From: Dicyema japonicum
Lineage: Eukaryota > Animalia > Dicyemida
Direction: 5' to 3'
Length of the DNA stretch: 64,000 nt
Assembly (NCBI GenBank): GCA_011109175.1
Contig: RDEW01000017.1
Coordinates: forward strand, 372,001-436,000
Part shown: in pieces, positions 62,151-64,000 of the stretch
Position numbering within the stretch: position 1 is the stretch's first letter
Layout: every line of letters begins with the position of its first letter
Notes under the pieces: model-generated
Databases searched by the model: none
What the model was told of the DNA's origin: nothing
What the model saw: only the letters and a program-made list of their open reading frames with translations
Translations under genes and position numbers: made by a program

Positions 62151-63149
62151 AATTTGTCTTCAAATGTTATCGTCAAAAATAGATATAAAAATTAATAAAT
62201 AATACAACACGTTTTTTGCTTGAAATGTACAAAGATGATGATTTTGAAATCGACAGTATATCCAGTGAATCATCTGACTCTTATACTGAATCATCCAGCA
62301 GTCTTCAGGATGTAAACTCTGAAGAAACGATAAATACACTTCCAATAGTCACAACTCATTTTTACGTCTCCTAACTAAACTCTGCCTAAGAATTATCCTC
62401 CACAGGATTTTCGAACTTTGTTTTAACGACCGAGTCGAGATTAGAGTGATAGGTCGAATCAATCCAAAGTATCTACACCCAATCCAGCCTTTCCAGTTAA
62501 ACAAAAATCGTTTGGGGAAACTCAACAGACCAATTCCTTCCCCAAACCCATAATCTTCAAAAACAGAAATCACGAACTTAAATTGTTTTACAGAAAGGAG
62601 GAGTTTATGATGACTGGTATTCTGATTATTTTATATATCCTGGGTTTTCTTGATTTTAACGAATTTGAACGTCTTTACTTTTTGGAGTGAATTTTGGTCA
62701 ATCAAAAATGATTTGTGATATAATGCACGTGAGTTCGGTTAATTATGACTTTTACCTTAAATATGATTTCCACCAATTTTCACATTGGAAAATATACAGC
62801 CTTGTTGGAGTTGATGGACTATAAAACTAAAATTCCAAATGGAAGAATTCAATGTTTTTTGTTGGCACTAACCACCGTGAAATTGGTGCTTTTGGTGGAG
62901 GTGTTTGATGTGGATATAATGCATGATGTGGACACATCATATTTATTTTACTATGATGGTGCATCGTGGGAAAATCCTCAAAAAAAGAGAGTTACAATCA
63001 CTTGTGAGTTGGCAAAAAAGGCAGGTCATTTTTGACATTTTTTAATATAAAAGAGCGTATTTGTTAAGATACTGTTATTTTGATAAAATATTAATTTTGT
63101 AATTTTTAGCCATAAATTTTAATTTAGTGTTTTGTGTAGTTTAAATTTA

Positions 63150-64000
63150 AAATTTTTTTAAGCACTCCCGGGAAATAAAAAATTAATTAGATTAATTAAG
63201 TTCCCCTTGTGCCACGTCCAGTATCCTCCCCACACATCCTCTTCCATGTTCCCCTGTTCCAGGCCATTGCTCGTAGTGAGTCAAGATCTTCACCATACGT
63301 ATGCTCTTTTTAGAACGCCAGATATTTAAGAATTTTTTATATGCAGCAGTGGAAAGGATTTTTCTGTGGGTAACATCTTCTGAGTCTCCAAGTAGTGAAC
63401 CAACTTTTTTATGCCTTCTCCATGATTCATCGTAATTGCGTACAACTCGTACAAGTTTTGTATATTCAGTTTTGTCTTGGTTGACAACTAAGAACCATTT
63501 AGAAAAGGCATTTGGTAAGTTCTTGAGAACGTGATGAAGAATTTCAACATCTTTAGGAACAAAGTCAAGATCGTCTGCATATATTAACTCGATTATTTTG
63601 TTTTCTCAATTAAAGGCCTGAAATCTCTCAGTGCAGCCTCCAGGTAGATTATAAATAGAACTGGTGACAAAGAGTCTCCTTGCGGAATTCCACGTGAAGT
63701 ATAAAAGAATTCTGAAGTAGTTTTTCCGAGTTTGGTTGCTAGTTGCTTATTCTGCAGTAGTTTTTGTATAATTTTGACATCATCCGTTGTTAGGAAGCTT
63801 GTGAGTACTTCAAGAAGTTTGCCTCTATGAACGAGTCAAACGCTCTGGACATGTCTATTCCGAGAACATCTATGCACTTTTTATATTTTTGGCATAGAGC
63901 ACTTGACCATCTGTGTGTCCAAATGACATCGGCAGTGGATCTGCCTGACCGGAAACCACTTTGTCCTGGTGACAGAAAATACTCCACCTTGTCTTTGATT
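63150..64000 (-). mobile_element. RTE-like LINE (RT to 3' end), continues beyond the window
   Basis: QSGFRSGRST.D, IDMSRAFDS, GIPQGDSLSPVLF, YADDL, and the 3'UTR tttcccgggagtgctt. Confidence 0.85.

Noticed and set aside
62745-63035. MRH-domain-like ORF
   Set aside because: The required cysteines are missing and no exon structure supports it.

Overview
Eukaryotic (animal) nuclear DNA. Compact genes are split by very short GT-AG introns (mostly 21-26 nt) and embedded in dense transposon debris. An ETS factor plus these intron sizes suggests a dicyemid mesozoan; this is an inference. Recognisable genes: SF3A1-like C-terminal half, TFIIS, a class I Rab11-FIP carrying an extra Sec5-like IPT domain, DDX5/17, a divergent G-protein beta subunit, GNPDA, a GABPA lacking its PNT domain, DDX49, SYF2, RPL15, an unidentified gene head-to-head with RPL15, and an initiator-tRNA-like locus. 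Mobile DNA includes CRE-clade, RTE-like and I/Jockey-like non-LTR retroelements, a TIR-bounded pogo/Tigger, hAT remnants, an IS630/Tc1-like element, an integrase remnant and several SINE families. The most notable unexplained signal is a SINE family with at least 8 full or partial cores in 64 kb. Its ~62-nt core folds into a nested double pseudoknot with HDV-ribozyme topology and compensatory changes, and one copy shares its 3' tail with a LINE present in the window. Several conserved genes carry single-base homopolymer deletions that look like assembly errors. All gene models were reconstructed by eye, and no database searches were run.
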